From: a virus
Lineage: Duplodnaviria; Caudoviricetes
Reading direction: 5' to 3' (one strand)
Virus record (IMG/VR): IMGVR_UViG_3300021400_000063
DNA: 64,000 nucleotides
Shown piece by piece: positions 18,248 to 28,785 of the stretch. The notes beneath the pieces were generated by a model. It saw only the letters and a program-made list of their open reading frames with translations, did not search any database and was not told the DNA's origin. Made by a program: the position numbers and the translations under genes. Position 1 is the first letter of the stretch. Each line of letters begins with the position of its first letter.

Positions 18248-18970
18248 ATGATTGAAGAACTTGAATATGGTAAAAGCTATGCTATATACTTAAATAGTTT
18301 ATATGGTGGATATAAATCAAATGTACGAATAATTGGTAAGACTAATATAGATAATGTGGTTAGTAACAATGATGATGATTACAATATCTATAAAACTTAT
18401 TTTGAACCTGTTGGTTTAGGTCTTACCAGTTATTATTCGGCTATTAAACCGGAAACAACTATCTATATCGGATTAGTAGTAGATTCATTAGAACCTTATT
18501 CTTACACTGAAGAAAAAGTATTTATTCCAGAATCTTTAATAGATTTTGATAAAAGTGAAGAATATATTAAGGTTTCTAAAATAAGCTTCAATATCTATCC
18601 TATAGTAAGGAAATTTAGTACCGAAACAGATAGAGACGAATTTATAACAAAGACTAAAACTGAGTTATTAAATCGTGTAAAAGGTCTTATTGAATTTTGT
18701 AATCTTGATACAGAAGTTGAAAGTGATTATTCTGATTTATATATCACGAAAGAAGAATATGATGTTCTTGATACTGCTAGAGAATCTGTTTATAAATCAT
18801 TCCGAAAAAGAATGATTGAATTAGATAACGCTGCTCGTATCAAGGAAGCAAATTATAATACTAAACTTGCTGAGTTGGATTCTAAAATAAAAGAATATGA
18901 AAAAGCTAAGCAAGAAATGGAAAATACTAAGAATAAATATCAAGGTATGATTGATTTATTAGAAAATTAA
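18248..18970 (+). CDS. Hypothetical protein with C-terminal coiled coil
   Basis: 240 aa, GAGG RBS, co-oriented with the previous gene, terminator follows. Confidence 0.8.
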   Translation: MIEELEYGKSYAIYLNSLYGGYKSNVRIIGKTNIDNVVSNNDDDYNIYKTYFEPVGLGLTSYYSAIKPETTIYIGLVVDSLEPYSYTEEKVFIPESLIDFDKSEEYIKVSKISFNIYPIVRKFSTETDRDEFITKTKTELLNRVKGLIEFCNLDTEVESDYSDLYITKEEYDVLDTARESVYKSFRKRMIELDNAARIKEANYNTKLAELDSKIKEYEKAKQEMENTKNKYQGMIDLLEN

Positions 18971-19068
18971 TCAATTTTATAATGTAGGAGATTTATTCTC
19001 CTACATTTATATTTTTAATTATTAGCTTACATTTTTATATATTTAGTACTAAATAATAGGAGTCATAT

Positions 19069-21030
19069 ATGGCTGAAGAAAAAGAAACAAATGAACTGCC
19101 TTCTGAAGAGACAACTAAATTTTCTAAAGAAGCTGTTATTGAGACTGAAGGTAATCTTCCGGAAGATTCTGTTCCACCAAGACCAAGAGGTGCAAATGAA
19201 GCGATTGTAACTCTTGATGAAATGGCATTCAAAGAATCAAAACCTACAGAAATTACTGTAGAAAAAGCTAAAGAAGATGCTACAGATGTATCTACAGAAG
19301 AAATTGTAGATAATGCTATGAAAAAGGAAGATATTGATAAAATTGATGCAGAAGCAAAAGAATATCTTGAAAAGCATTCTAAAGAAGCTGAAATCGATTG
19401 GGATAAAATTGAATTCGAAGATGAAGAAAAGAATTTCCCAAAAATTTCTAAAGAAGAACTTGATGTTTTCTGTGCTATTTCTGAAGGTTTTATTGATCGT
19501 GAAGCTGTAGAAACATATATTCGTATCGCTCATGCTGATATTGAAAATTATCTTGAAGTTAAGAAGCTTGTAGATTCTGGTGAAGCTACAGAAGATGATA
19601 AAGAATATTATGATTCTCTTAGTAAATCTAAAGAAAATTCTCGTATTATTCTTGCATCTATTCAGCAGGATGGTAGAAAACTTGATAAAGAATTCAAGGA
19701 ATCTCGTATTGCTGAAGATTTGATTAAAGCTGTAACACTTAAAGCTTGTAGCGATTATATTGTAAAGAAATATCGTCTTAATAATTCATGGAGACCATCT
19801 TCTGATGAACGTTATAAGATTGATAATACAGAATTTATTAGAGATGAACTTCTCAATAAAATGTATATCGCTCCTCTTTTCCACAATATCATCGAGCGTG
19901 ATAGAATTAAATCTGAAGTCAGTTTAAAATATAACTTGTTTGGATCTAAATTTTATAATTCACATCTTGATGATTTTGCTGAAGCAGTTCGCGTTTATAT
20001 TCGTCAGGGAAAACTTGATTTCGATAAACTTACTATCGAAAAAGTTCTCTCTTCAGATATGAAGACTTTTGAATTTATGAGATTACCAATGGTTTGGGCT
20101 CTTAAACAATTCAATACAAGTATTCAGTCTGTAAAAGAATGGGAAATGACACCTGAAGAAGAAGAAAAAGTCTCTTCAAGAATGAATCCTAATAATTTGT
20201 TTGATGTTGAATTGAAGGAACTTGCTAACTGGATTGATGATACCATCGACCTTCTTCTCGATCCTTCTGTAACTGAAAATGGTATGAAACTTGCTATGGA
20301 TATTATTCAGAAAGATCCATTTACAAAGAAAATTGCTACCGATCCAAATTATGATTGGTCTAACAGTGAAAAAGTAATGATGGATATTGCTGAACTTATT
20401 CCTGAAAATGTTACAAAACAGAATTTCTCAGAATGGTCAGTTATTTATAAATATCTTCAGAAATATGAAAGATATTTCTTGTTCTATAAACTTGATGCAA
20501 CTAACAAATCTGATGAATTTGATGCCGATAAGAAACGTGTAAATACATTCAATGTTCTCTGTGGACTTGTTGAAGATTATTATATGTTTATGGTTGGTGA
20601 ACTTATCACTTCTATGAACAGTTTCTTGTATGAAGCTGGATATAATGGTGAAACACAGAATATTATGTTCTCAACAGTTATGAGTAATTTCATTTGTCAG
20701 CATGAACTTGGTTATCGTCAGAAACTTATTACTGAAGGTGAAGAACAGAATGTTTCTGGAGATGGTTTGTATAATCTTGCAGAAGATCTTCTTAAAGATA
20801 AGTTTACATATATTATCGGAAATAAAAACGATGATATTCTTTTAAAGAATGTAAATCTTATTGAAACTCGTCGTACTTACATTAAAGATTGTACAGAACT
20901 TATTCAGTTTATTCATTATAATCTTTCAGATGTTAAGAAAGGTGCAGAACATATTATTAAAGAATGTGATTTTGTACCTCAAATTAATAATAAATCTTCT
21001 AAGAAAAAATCTAGAAGAAATAGACGTTAA
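19069..21030 (+). CDS. Hypothetical protein (acidic N-terminus, basic C-terminal tail)
   Basis: 653 aa, AGGAG RBS; upstream 19029-19043 matches both promoter motifs. Confidence 0.85.
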   Translation: MAEEKETNELPSEETTKFSKEAVIETEGNLPEDSVPPRPRGANEAIVTLDEMAFKESKPTEITVEKAKEDATDVSTEEIVDNAMKKEDIDKIDAEAKEYLEKHSKEAEIDWDKIEFEDEEKNFPKISKEELDVFCAISEGFIDREAVETYIRIAHADIENYLEVKKLVDSGEATEDDKEYYDSLSKSKENSRIILASIQQDGRKLDKEFKESRIAEDLIKAVTLKACSDYIVKKYRLNNSWRPSSDERYKIDNTEFIRDELLNKMYIAPLFHNIIERDRIKSEVSLKYNLFGSKFYNSHLDDFAEAVRVYIRQGKLDFDKLTIEKVLSSDMKTFEFMRLPMVWALKQFNTSIQSVKEWEMTPEEEEKVSSRMNPNNLFDVELKELANWIDDTIDLLLDPSVTENGMKLAMDIIQKDPFTKKIATDPNYDWSNSEKVMMDIAELIPENVTKQNFSEWSVIYKYLQKYERYFLFYKLDATNKSDEFDADKKRVNTFNVLCGLVEDYYMFMVGELITSMNSFLYEAGYNGETQNIMFSTVMSNFICQHELGYRQKLITEGEEQNVSGDGLYNLAEDLLKDKFTYIIGNKNDDILLKNVNLIETRRTYIKDCTELIQFIHYNLSDVKKGAEHIIKECDFVPQINNKSSKKKSRRNRR

Positions 21031-21084
21031 TTAAATGATATCGTTGGCTTCATGCCAACGATATCTTATTTTCTTTTAAGGTTG

Positions 21085-21097
21085 ACATTTTAATATA
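21085..21097 (+). promoter_or_regulatory. Late-type promoter
   Basis: ACATTTTAATATA right after terminator 21037-21070. Confidence 0.65.
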
Positions 21098-21116
21098 TCT
21101 CTAAAGGAGACTTAAT

Positions 21117-21905
21117 ATGGCTAATGAATTAAATAGTCTTTATGATAAATATTTTAAAGAAGAATCTGACGGATCATTAATATTTAATGGTGAACGTCTT
21201 ATTGTAAGAATTCCTCCTTATTTTTATGAAAGTGGAGTAACTAGAGTAAATCAAACTATTGTAGAAACAATGGGAATTTTTGAAGGATTAATTTTTGATG
21301 ATCCTGATGAAGATGATTTAACTAAATATTCTCATAAGTTTACAATGAAGCTTCCGGCAAATATTATTATGAAGCCTTCTCATATAAATGATTCTATTCA
21401 AATTATAGAAGAAGTTGAAAATGAGACTTTGAAAAAAGAAAAATCTATAGATTTAATTTTCTTAAAAGGTGATACATTTATTGTAAATGTTAATATTGTA
21501 CAAGATTTGGATGTTTCAGATAAATACATAGATATTCTTCTTAAAGCACATATGCCTAAAACAATTACTTATGAAGAATTAGCTATATTGTGGCAAAAAT
21601 GTGCAGCTATTAATGGATCTGGAGATCTTGAATCTAACTTAGCAACATTTGAATTGATTTGTATGAATCTTACAAGAGATCCTAAAGATTATACAGTTTT
21701 ATTTAGAAATGTTTATGAAAAATATTATGCTGCTGGAATAAAAAATGGAACTATGATTAACTATGAACATATTCCTAAATATACATCAGGATTCACATCA
21801 TTAACTTCATGGGATCCTAAATATGGTATTACCGTTGCTATGGAACACACTCGTGGTGAAAATAAGAAAGATATTGTTTCTCCTATTGAGGAAGCTATTA
21901 AATAG
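21117..21905 (+). CDS. Probable extreme C-terminal beta'-like fragment of virion RNA polymerase
   Basis: C-terminal TSGFTSLTSWDPKYGITVAM...SPIEEAI resembles the RpoC end (SFLSAASFQETTRVLTEAA...LKENV); FELICMNLTRD resembles HIEVIVRQM; late-type promoter. Confidence 0.55.
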   Translation: MANELNSLYDKYFKEESDGSLIFNGERLIVRIPPYFYESGVTRVNQTIVETMGIFEGLIFDDPDEDDLTKYSHKFTMKLPANIIMKPSHINDSIQIIEEVENETLKKEKSIDLIFLKGDTFIVNVNIVQDLDVSDKYIDILLKAHMPKTITYEELAILWQKCAAINGSGDLESNLATFELICMNLTRDPKDYTVLFRNVYEKYYAAGIKNGTMINYEHIPKYTSGFTSLTSWDPKYGITVAMEHTRGENKKDIVSPIEEAIK

Positions 21906-21914
21906 GAGTTATTT

Positions 21915-22886
21915 ATGGGTATTTTTGATTACGAACGTTTAAAAAGCACAGTTAATAATTTTAGTTATAATCTTTTTAATTTTCCAGCAGATTTTTCAAA
22001 ATCTATTATTTTAGAAAATTCTTATGATGGGATAGTTTATGAAAAACGAACCACTGAGTTTATAACTTCTTATGATAGTTCTAATAAACCTGTTAAAAAA
22101 GAAGTAAATAGATTTAATCCTATACTTGATTTGAAAATTATGTCTGAAGAAAAAGCTAAAGCATTGCTTATTAAAAACGGTGCAACTCAATTTGCTTATA
22201 GAGTTAAAGAAATAGGTACTTCATCATCTGAATCTGTAGCTAATATTTCTAAATTTACTAAATTAGTTTCTAATTCAAAGTTTTTTATTCCTATTGCTAG
22301 ATCTTTACAAAAAACTAAGCCTACAAATATATTCAATGATAATATATTTAAAGTTACTAAACTTCGTGAAGATATATACTTTATAAAAGTTTCAATTAAG
22401 CAACAAGATAAACCTAGAATAAATACAATTTTAGCTGTCAATGATAGAACTTTCTGGAAACGATTTACTATAAGATATACAGATCCTATAACAAATGAAG
22501 AAACAAAATTAAATGCTAAAGATTTTGATTATAGTGCTTCAGATATAATTACCGATTGTATAAATAATCCATCTAATTTTTCTATAAAAATGTATTACAT
22601 TTATGATGAAAAAGATAGGCAAATTGAATATTTTAATACAACTTATCCTGATTTAGAAAATCCTAAGGATAGTGAAAGTTTTATAGATCCTGAAATAGCT
22701 GTAGTTGAATTTGTTGGAGTTTCACATTATAATAAACGAACTTGGTTAGCTATTCTTATTAGTGATGGTAGTGGTATAATTTATACAGATAATACCGACA
22801 TTCCTAATTTAGAATCATATAAAACTGTAAATTCTAATACATATTATGCTGGTGATGAATCAGAAATATGTATGGCATATCGATAA
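21915..22886 (+). CDS. Hypothetical protein (late operon)
   Basis: 323 aa, AGGAG RBS, terminator 22893-22920 follows. Confidence 0.8.
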   Translation: MGIFDYERLKSTVNNFSYNLFNFPADFSKSIILENSYDGIVYEKRTTEFITSYDSSNKPVKKEVNRFNPILDLKIMSEEKAKALLIKNGATQFAYRVKEIGTSSSESVANISKFTKLVSNSKFFIPIARSLQKTKPTNIFNDNIFKVTKLREDIYFIKVSIKQQDKPRINTILAVNDRTFWKRFTIRYTDPITNEETKLNAKDFDYSASDIITDCINNPSNFSIKMYYIYDEKDRQIEYFNTTYPDLENPKDSESFIDPEIAVVEFVGVSHYNKRTWLAILISDGSGIIYTDNTDIPNLESYKTVNSNTYYAGDESEICMAYR

Positions 22887-22935
22887 AATGATAAACTGAG
22901 GCATTTTAGCCTCAGTTTTTCTTTATTATTCAAAG

Positions 22936-22948
22936 ACAAATTTATATA
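22936..22948 (+). promoter_or_regulatory. Late-type promoter
   Basis: ACAAATTTATATA. Confidence 0.65.
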
Positions 22949-22965
22949 CTTACAGAGGTAACTAT

Positions 22966-24651
22966 ATGTTAGATTCAATGTCGATTAACTTAGTTAATCC
23001 TAATAAAGATATAGAAATTAATGGCTGGAAAGAAGTAACATCAACTTTATATTTTGTTCCTAGTACATCAGAATTACATCCTGAAGGAATGTTTTCTGAA
23101 GAAATATTTGGTGCTCCTGGTACAGAAGATCGTAAAACTAAATGGGGATGGGTAAATTTAAATGATGTATTTATGAATCCTCATGCTTTTTATGTTTTAA
23201 AACGATTGAAAAAAGGTATAGCAAATGATATGAAACTTGGTATCGGAAGATACTATGTTGATAAAACTGGTGAACTTACTAAAATTGATCCTGGCGAAAC
23301 TGTTCCAGCTGATGCAGTTTATAAAAATACTGGTACTGGAATTACTTGGTTGAAAGAAGCATGGCCTTATATTTCTTGGAGAATTACAAATGATATGAGT
23401 AAAGCTGCTAAAACACGTAGAAAGTGGCTAAAAGCTTATACCGTAGATGAAATTTTCTGGGATAAATTATTAATAATGCCTGCTTGGTACCGTGATGTTA
23501 AATATTCATCTGATGGAAGTTCTAAAAGAAATATTATAAATCAGTTATATGCTAAGATATTACGTTTAGCGGATATTATTAAAAATCTCGATGATATTTC
23601 ATTCATGGATGATCCAAATGAACCAAAACGTTCAATCTCTCATGTAAAAATGCAAGATGCTCTTTATGAGATTTATGAATTTTATATGAAAAAGATCGGT
23701 GGTGCTGACGGTTTTGCTAATAAATTCGTAGTTGGTAAAGCAACAGACTATGGTGCTCGTTTGGTTATTTCTCCGCCAGATTTTAACACAGAACATTATA
23801 CACAATGTGAAGCAGATTTCTTCCACTCTTCAACACCATTAGCTACAGCAGCAAATATTTTTGCTCCGTTTATGATTTTCGGCATTTCAAGATGGATTCA
23901 AAATTATGTATCTGGTAGAATATCTATTAATTATTATGATTTTGAACAAAAGAAATTAATTGAAGCTCCACTTGATAGTACATGGATTGATGAATTTACA
24001 ACAGATTCTATCAGAAATGTTTTAGACAATTATAAAAAATCTAAACATTATCGTGTAGAAAAAGTAACACTTAAAGGTGAAAATGGATTTAGAATTCCAT
24101 TAACAGTTCGTATGAATGTTGTTGATGGTAAACCATCTTTTTCTACAGATATTACAGAAGATGATGAAAATCCTAGTTCATATAGAGAACTTACATATTG
24201 TGAATTACTTTATATTGTAGCTATGGATAATATTAAAAATAAATCTATTTATAATACACGATATCCGTTGACTACATATAATAATACTTATTGTGGTCTT
24301 ATGAATATTATTCCTTGTAACGAATACACTTCTGTTTTCTTTAACGGTGTATTATATCCACGTTATCCTATTTTGAATTACAAAACATCAGAAGATATTG
24401 AAGGTATGTTTACAGATACAATGCGAATGTTCTCAACATATCTTGCTGCGATGGGTGCGGATTACGATGGTGACCAGATTTCTACACAAGGTGTATTTAC
24501 ACAAGAAGGTAATGAAGACGTTTATAAACATATGAAAGAAATTTCAAATGTTGTTGGTATAAATGGAAATGTTATGCGTGAATTCCCTAATGTTATTCCA
24601 CATGGTATTTACGGTTTAACATATATGATTCCAAAACCAGTAGCTAAATAG
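22966..24651 (+). CDS. rpoC: RNA polymerase beta' N-terminal subunit with catalytic motif (probably virion RNAP)
   Basis: EGMFSEEIFG, GKATDYGARLVISP (cf. GKRVDYSGRSVI), NTRYP, catalytic GADYDGDQ (cf. NADFDGD). Confidence 0.92.
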   Translation: MLDSMSINLVNPNKDIEINGWKEVTSTLYFVPSTSELHPEGMFSEEIFGAPGTEDRKTKWGWVNLNDVFMNPHAFYVLKRLKKGIANDMKLGIGRYYVDKTGELTKIDPGETVPADAVYKNTGTGITWLKEAWPYISWRITNDMSKAAKTRRKWLKAYTVDEIFWDKLLIMPAWYRDVKYSSDGSSKRNIINQLYAKILRLADIIKNLDDISFMDDPNEPKRSISHVKMQDALYEIYEFYMKKIGGADGFANKFVVGKATDYGARLVISPPDFNTEHYTQCEADFFHSSTPLATAANIFAPFMIFGISRWIQNYVSGRISINYYDFEQKKLIEAPLDSTWIDEFTTDSIRNVLDNYKKSKHYRVEKVTLKGENGFRIPLTVRMNVVDGKPSFSTDITEDDENPSSYRELTYCELLYIVAMDNIKNKSIYNTRYPLTTYNNTYCGLMNIIPCNEYTSVFFNGVLYPRYPILNYKTSEDIEGMFTDTMRMFSTYLAAMGADYDGDQISTQGVFTQEGNEDVYKHMKEISNVVGINGNVMREFPNVIPHGIYGLTYMIPKPVAK

Positions 24652-24662
24652 GAGTTTGACAG

Positions 24663-27600
24663 ATGCCTAAAAGTAATAATAGTAATTTAGATATTCTAAA
24701 TAATGATGCTAATCTTAGTATTTATGCGGATCATTTAGGATTAACCCCACAATTCATTCAAGATAATAGAAATCAACTTGATCGAATTGAAAAGATGGTA
24801 TCTAAGAGTTTGAAAAATACTGATGAGGATGATCCTAATTATGTATTTAATACTATGAAGCAGCTTCAAAATCTTACTAAAGAAACATTCATAGCTGATT
24901 CATATGATACATCTTTAAATAGAAATTTTGGTGGAATGTACGGAGATCCAACTACAAGAGATGGTTTTCGTATGGTATATAGCGATAATGATAATAAAGA
25001 AGATTTGGAAACTTATAATTTCCATGCTTCTATTTTTTCATCATATCGTAATCTTGTTTCAGAATATCGTAATGTAGCACGTCTTATTCCAACAGTTTAT
25101 AGATGTGCTGATATGAAAGCTAGAGATATTTTAGCAATCAATGAAATTACAAAACGTTCTGTTTCGAATGTATATGTTCCTAGTACATTAAATCCCGATG
25201 ATAATGATCCTTCAGTATTATCTGAAAACCCTATCAATGAACGTATTGAAAAAGAAATTCTTGATAGATATAGTATTGAAGATAGACTTCCTAGATATTT
25301 ACGTACTGCTCTTATTGAAGGTGCTAAACCTGTAGTTGTTTTCCCATACACAGATATTATGGAAATGGCTAAAATTAGTATGCGTAATTTCTCACAAAAA
25401 TATGCAGACTATAAGTTCAGAACTTCTGCTAATTCTACAGAAGCTTATGAAGATGTTATTTCAGATTATCATTCTAGGGAACATCGTTTAATTCCTAATT
25501 TCAATGATCCTAAATATAAAATCATGTCTACAGAATCTGTAGACGGTGAAGAAAAATTAACATTTAATAAGAAAAATTATACAGATTTAAGAGATTCAGT
25601 AATTGACAAATTCGTATCAAAAGAAGATCTTAATGAATATATGGCTCGTGGTATTGAAGATGTTACCAATAATATCGAGCGTGTTAGAAATGAAAGATTG
25701 TTTGATATTTACGGATCTAATGTAATTAATAAAACTGAAAAAGTTAATGAAGTTAATGAAAAATTCCGTGAATTCCAAGATAAAGTAAAAGTTGATGGTT
25801 CATTGTCTGAACATTTTAAAGAACAAATCTTTAATGCTGTTAAAACAATCGATAGTAATATCGAATTCTATGATCAGTCTGAATTGGCTATGGGTGTTTC
25901 TATTAATAACTTCCGTAGACTTATGCAGATGTCAGCTTATCATGAAAATCCTAAAGCTGGATTAAAAGCATTCAATGCTAGACTTCAAGATGAAAAACGT
26001 CTTAAAGAACGTGATAAGAATTATGATCAAGATCCAATAGTTAAAGATGGAATGGAAATTGATAACGGACCTAAATCAGTACTTGATGAATTCGCATCAG
26101 ATTTTTCACCTAATGAATATTCTTTATTAAACGATTGTTTGATTAAAGAATATGATGCTGAAGATGTTATTCCTGTAATCGTTGCAGGTAGACATGTAGG
26201 TTACTACATCATTGAAACTTCACCATATACAGGAAACGTTGAATCTGTAAATAAACGTAATTGTAACTTTACAGATATGTTCCTCAATCTTGGTATCAAT
26301 AATGATTTTGCTATATCTCCTTCACCAGCTACATCTGGTTCATTTGGAGCGGGTGTTCAGGGAGTTCCTATGGGTGGAATTGCTGCTGTATCAGATTTAC
26401 CTTCGGTAGGTATTACAGGCGCAGGTTCAATGGCTCTTGGAGCAGGATTGGATATAGCAGGTTTTGATGTTGGTGTGGCTGGCGATGATGCTATTCGTCG
26501 TAATAATATCATGAAAAAGATTATGTTTAATGTACTTAAACAAAAAATTCATAGACATGATATTGAAGACGATGAAACATTTATGGATACTATTATGGCT
26601 CTTATTAGAGATGGAGCTATTGTACAGAATCGTATTAAGATTATGTATATTCCTGAAAAATATATGTGTTATTTTACACCTGGTTTGGATGGAAATGGTA
26701 TTCCTGAATCATTTATGAAAAACTGTTTATTCACATGTTATGAGAAGATTCTTGTAAATATGAATAATATCATGACTCGTCTTACTCGTACAGGACAGCG
26801 TGATAAGATTACAGTTAATGTTGGTAAAGCTAAAAACTTTGGTTATTCTATCAGAGCTATTGAAAATGCTTTAACCACTCGTAAATTAAATGTTGAATCT
26901 CCATTCACTTCATTATCAAGAGTTCTTAAATCAGCATCATTGTCTGAAACAATCGTTGTACCAATTTATGATGGTGAACAATTGTTTGAATATGAAGATA
27001 TCTCACAGCATAATATGATAGATCAACAAGATGATCTTGAACAAAGATTGGAAAATGATATTGTTACACAGCTTAAATGTCCTGTAACTATTACCAATCC
27101 TTATCAAGAAGAAGATTTTGCTTCATTAGCAGCTTCTAGAAATGCTGAATATCGTTTTGATCTTATTAAACTTCAGGGAGTATTTGGTAATATTGCTACT
27201 AAATTTATCAAATTACTTATTGTTGGTTCTGGATTGTATAAGAAAATTAAAGATGGAAATAAAGATTTCTCTCTTTCAGAAATTCTTGTACGCTTTGCTC
27301 CTCCTGAAAGTTTGAATATGCAAAATGCTAATAATTTATTCGCAACCGTTCAATCTTACATCGATAATATTATTGGTATCGCTATCAATCCTGATGATAA
27401 TACTGAAGTTACCAATTCTACAAGATTTAAATTTAAACAAAAACTTTATCAGCAACTTATGCCTGGTATCGGTTTGGATAAATATATACGTCTTGCACAG
27501 AATCTTAGACCTGAAGCTAATAAAACCGCTATTGAAAACAGAATAAATAGATCGGTTAATGATCAAATTGTTAATACTGAATTCAAACCTATAATTGTTA

Positions 27601-27674
27601 CACCTGATGGTAAAGTAACAACTAATGACGGTTTGAATCAAGGTATTGGTAATGATGAAGCTGGTGGTTTCTAA
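24663..27674 (+). CDS. Portal protein (jumbo-phage type, T4 gp20-like core)
   Basis: IMTRLTRTGQRDKITVNVG resembles gp20 YRITRAPDRRVWYVDTG; LKCPVT...RNAEYRFDLIKLQ resembles LRIPLSR...RDELKF...LQ; 1003 aa; late operon. Confidence 0.7.
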   Translation: MPKSNNSNLDILNNDANLSIYADHLGLTPQFIQDNRNQLDRIEKMVSKSLKNTDEDDPNYVFNTMKQLQNLTKETFIADSYDTSLNRNFGGMYGDPTTRDGFRMVYSDNDNKEDLETYNFHASIFSSYRNLVSEYRNVARLIPTVYRCADMKARDILAINEITKRSVSNVYVPSTLNPDDNDPSVLSENPINERIEKEILDRYSIEDRLPRYLRTALIEGAKPVVVFPYTDIMEMAKISMRNFSQKYADYKFRTSANSTEAYEDVISDYHSREHRLIPNFNDPKYKIMSTESVDGEEKLTFNKKNYTDLRDSVIDKFVSKEDLNEYMARGIEDVTNNIERVRNERLFDIYGSNVINKTEKVNEVNEKFREFQDKVKVDGSLSEHFKEQIFNAVKTIDSNIEFYDQSELAMGVSINNFRRLMQMSAYHENPKAGLKAFNARLQDEKRLKERDKNYDQDPIVKDGMEIDNGPKSVLDEFASDFSPNEYSLLNDCLIKEYDAEDVIPVIVAGRHVGYYIIETSPYTGNVESVNKRNCNFTDMFLNLGINNDFAISPSPATSGSFGAGVQGVPMGGIAAVSDLPSVGITGAGSMALGAGLDIAGFDVGVAGDDAIRRNNIMKKIMFNVLKQKIHRHDIEDDETFMDTIMALIRDGAIVQNRIKIMYIPEKYMCYFTPGLDGNGIPESFMKNCLFTCYEKILVNMNNIMTRLTRTGQRDKITVNVGKAKNFGYSIRAIENALTTRKLNVESPFTSLSRVLKSASLSETIVVPIYDGEQLFEYEDISQHNMIDQQDDLEQRLENDIVTQLKCPVTITNPYQEEDFASLAASRNAEYRFDLIKLQGVFGNIATKFIKLLIVGSGLYKKIKDGNKDFSLSEILVRFAPPESLNMQNANNLFATVQSYIDNIIGIAINPDDNTEVTNSTRFKFKQKLYQQLMPGIGLDKYIRLAQNLRPEANKTAIENRINRSVNDQIVNTEFKPIIVTPDGKVTTNDGLNQGIGNDEAGGF

Positions 27675-27680
27675 ATAATT

Positions 27681-27711
27681 AAACAAGAGGGAATCTATTC
27701 CCTCTTGTTTT
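27681..27711 (+). terminator. Intrinsic terminator fused to an early promoter motif (27710-27718)
   Basis: AAACAAGAGGGAA / TTCCCTCTTGTTTT then TATATATT. Confidence 0.8.
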
Positions 27712-27738
27712 ATATATTATTATAATGAGGTGGTAAAT

Positions 27739-28236
27739 ATGAAAAGATTATCAAAAAATTATGATGTTAGATTGAGTTCTAACCTTATTGAAAGATCTAA
27801 ATATTTAGATCTTTCAAAATCTTTCGGATGGCCTGTAATACATATTCTTGGTCTGCGTTATAAGGATATCACAATGAATGGTTTGACCGAAGATAATAAA
27901 ATCTCTTCGGAAGACCTAGTAGGATTTTCTAAATCTGTTTATGAAAACAGTAAGAAATTTAGAAAATTCTGCAAACAATACTTCAAGAGAGTTAACAAAC
28001 AACTCTCTGAAGAAGCTCCAGATGGATGGTTGAAATATCATCTTTCTGGTGTTAAAAACCCACTTGCAGTTTATGCTGAACTTGGTGGGGTTGTTGAATA
28101 TGATTGTAAGAGAAAGTCTTTCATAAAGACTCTTTTACAAGCTATTCGAAACTTTTTCAAAGTTTTATGGAATTTCTATAAGGCTTTGATTAGAAAAATC
28201 ATCTATAGTTTGAAACCTGTAAAAGTTTCATATTAA
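27739..28236 (+). CDS. Hypothetical basic protein with C-terminal amphipathic helix
   Basis: ATG 27739 after GAGGTGG; single-gene early unit. Confidence 0.8.
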   Translation: MKRLSKNYDVRLSSNLIERSKYLDLSKSFGWPVIHILGLRYKDITMNGLTEDNKISSEDLVGFSKSVYENSKKFRKFCKQYFKRVNKQLSEEAPDGWLKYHLSGVKNPLAVYAELGGVVEYDCKRKSFIKTLLQAIRNFFKVLWNFYKALIRKIIYSLKPVKVSY

Positions 28237-28293
28237 TTGATGATTTTAAAAAAGAAGGAGAAATTTTAGTATCCTTCTTTTTTTTCTAAATTG

Positions 28294-28306
28294 ACATTTC
28301 TATATA
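28294..28306 (+). promoter_or_regulatory. Late-type promoter
   Basis: ACATTTCTATATA. Confidence 0.65.
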
Positions 28307-28335
28307 TTACGATTAAAACATTAGGGATAACAATT

Positions 28336-28785
28336 ATGAATTTGGCTAAAATTTTTAGTTTCGAATCATATGAATTTACACCTAAATACGCTTATAGTAC
28401 TATTAAAGATTTTACAAATAAGCATAAAAACCAAAATTCATTTGATAAATTAAAAGATTCAATGTTATCCTTAGAGCACATAAAACAAGATTCGTATGTC
28501 TTGCAAATAAATAGTGGTAATTGGGATAGATCAGTTGAATCCTATTTCTTTTCGATTTATTCTGATAAATCGGGTTATTATCTTAGAACTGATGATAATA
28601 AAATTAAACATTTTCATAATAAAGAAAATGCTTTAAAATATAATTTAGCTAAGATAATGACTAATAAATATTCTTGTGAAAAGATTCGTTATTTTTGTTA
28701 TGAATTTAATGAAATGGATGAATCTCTTGAAAGTTACGACTATATAAATTATGCCTATGATTATGGTAGGAGGATTATTATATAA
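28336..28785 (+). CDS. Hypothetical protein with KIFSFE leader (possible head-packaged protein)
   Basis: ATG 28336 after AGGGA; N-terminus MNLAKIFSFESYE. Confidence 0.75.
   Translation: MNLAKIFSFESYEFTPKYAYSTIKDFTNKHKNQNSFDKLKDSMLSLEHIKQDSYVLQINSGNWDRSVESYFFSIYSDKSGYYLRTDDNKIKHFHNKENALKYNLAKIMTNKYSCEKIRYFCYEFNEMDESLESYDYINYAYDYGRRIII

Noticed and set aside
19069-21030. Chimallin (ChmA) based on its ~650-aa size and the presence of tubulin
   Set aside because: No recognisable similarity; size alone is not evidence. A profile or structure search is needed.
6866-28296. TTGACA hexamers at 6866, 21082 and 28291 as host sigma70 -35 boxes
   Set aside because: No convincing TATAAT at canonical 16-18 nt spacing; they are better explained as the ACA-N6-TATA phage motif, whose other copies lack TTG.
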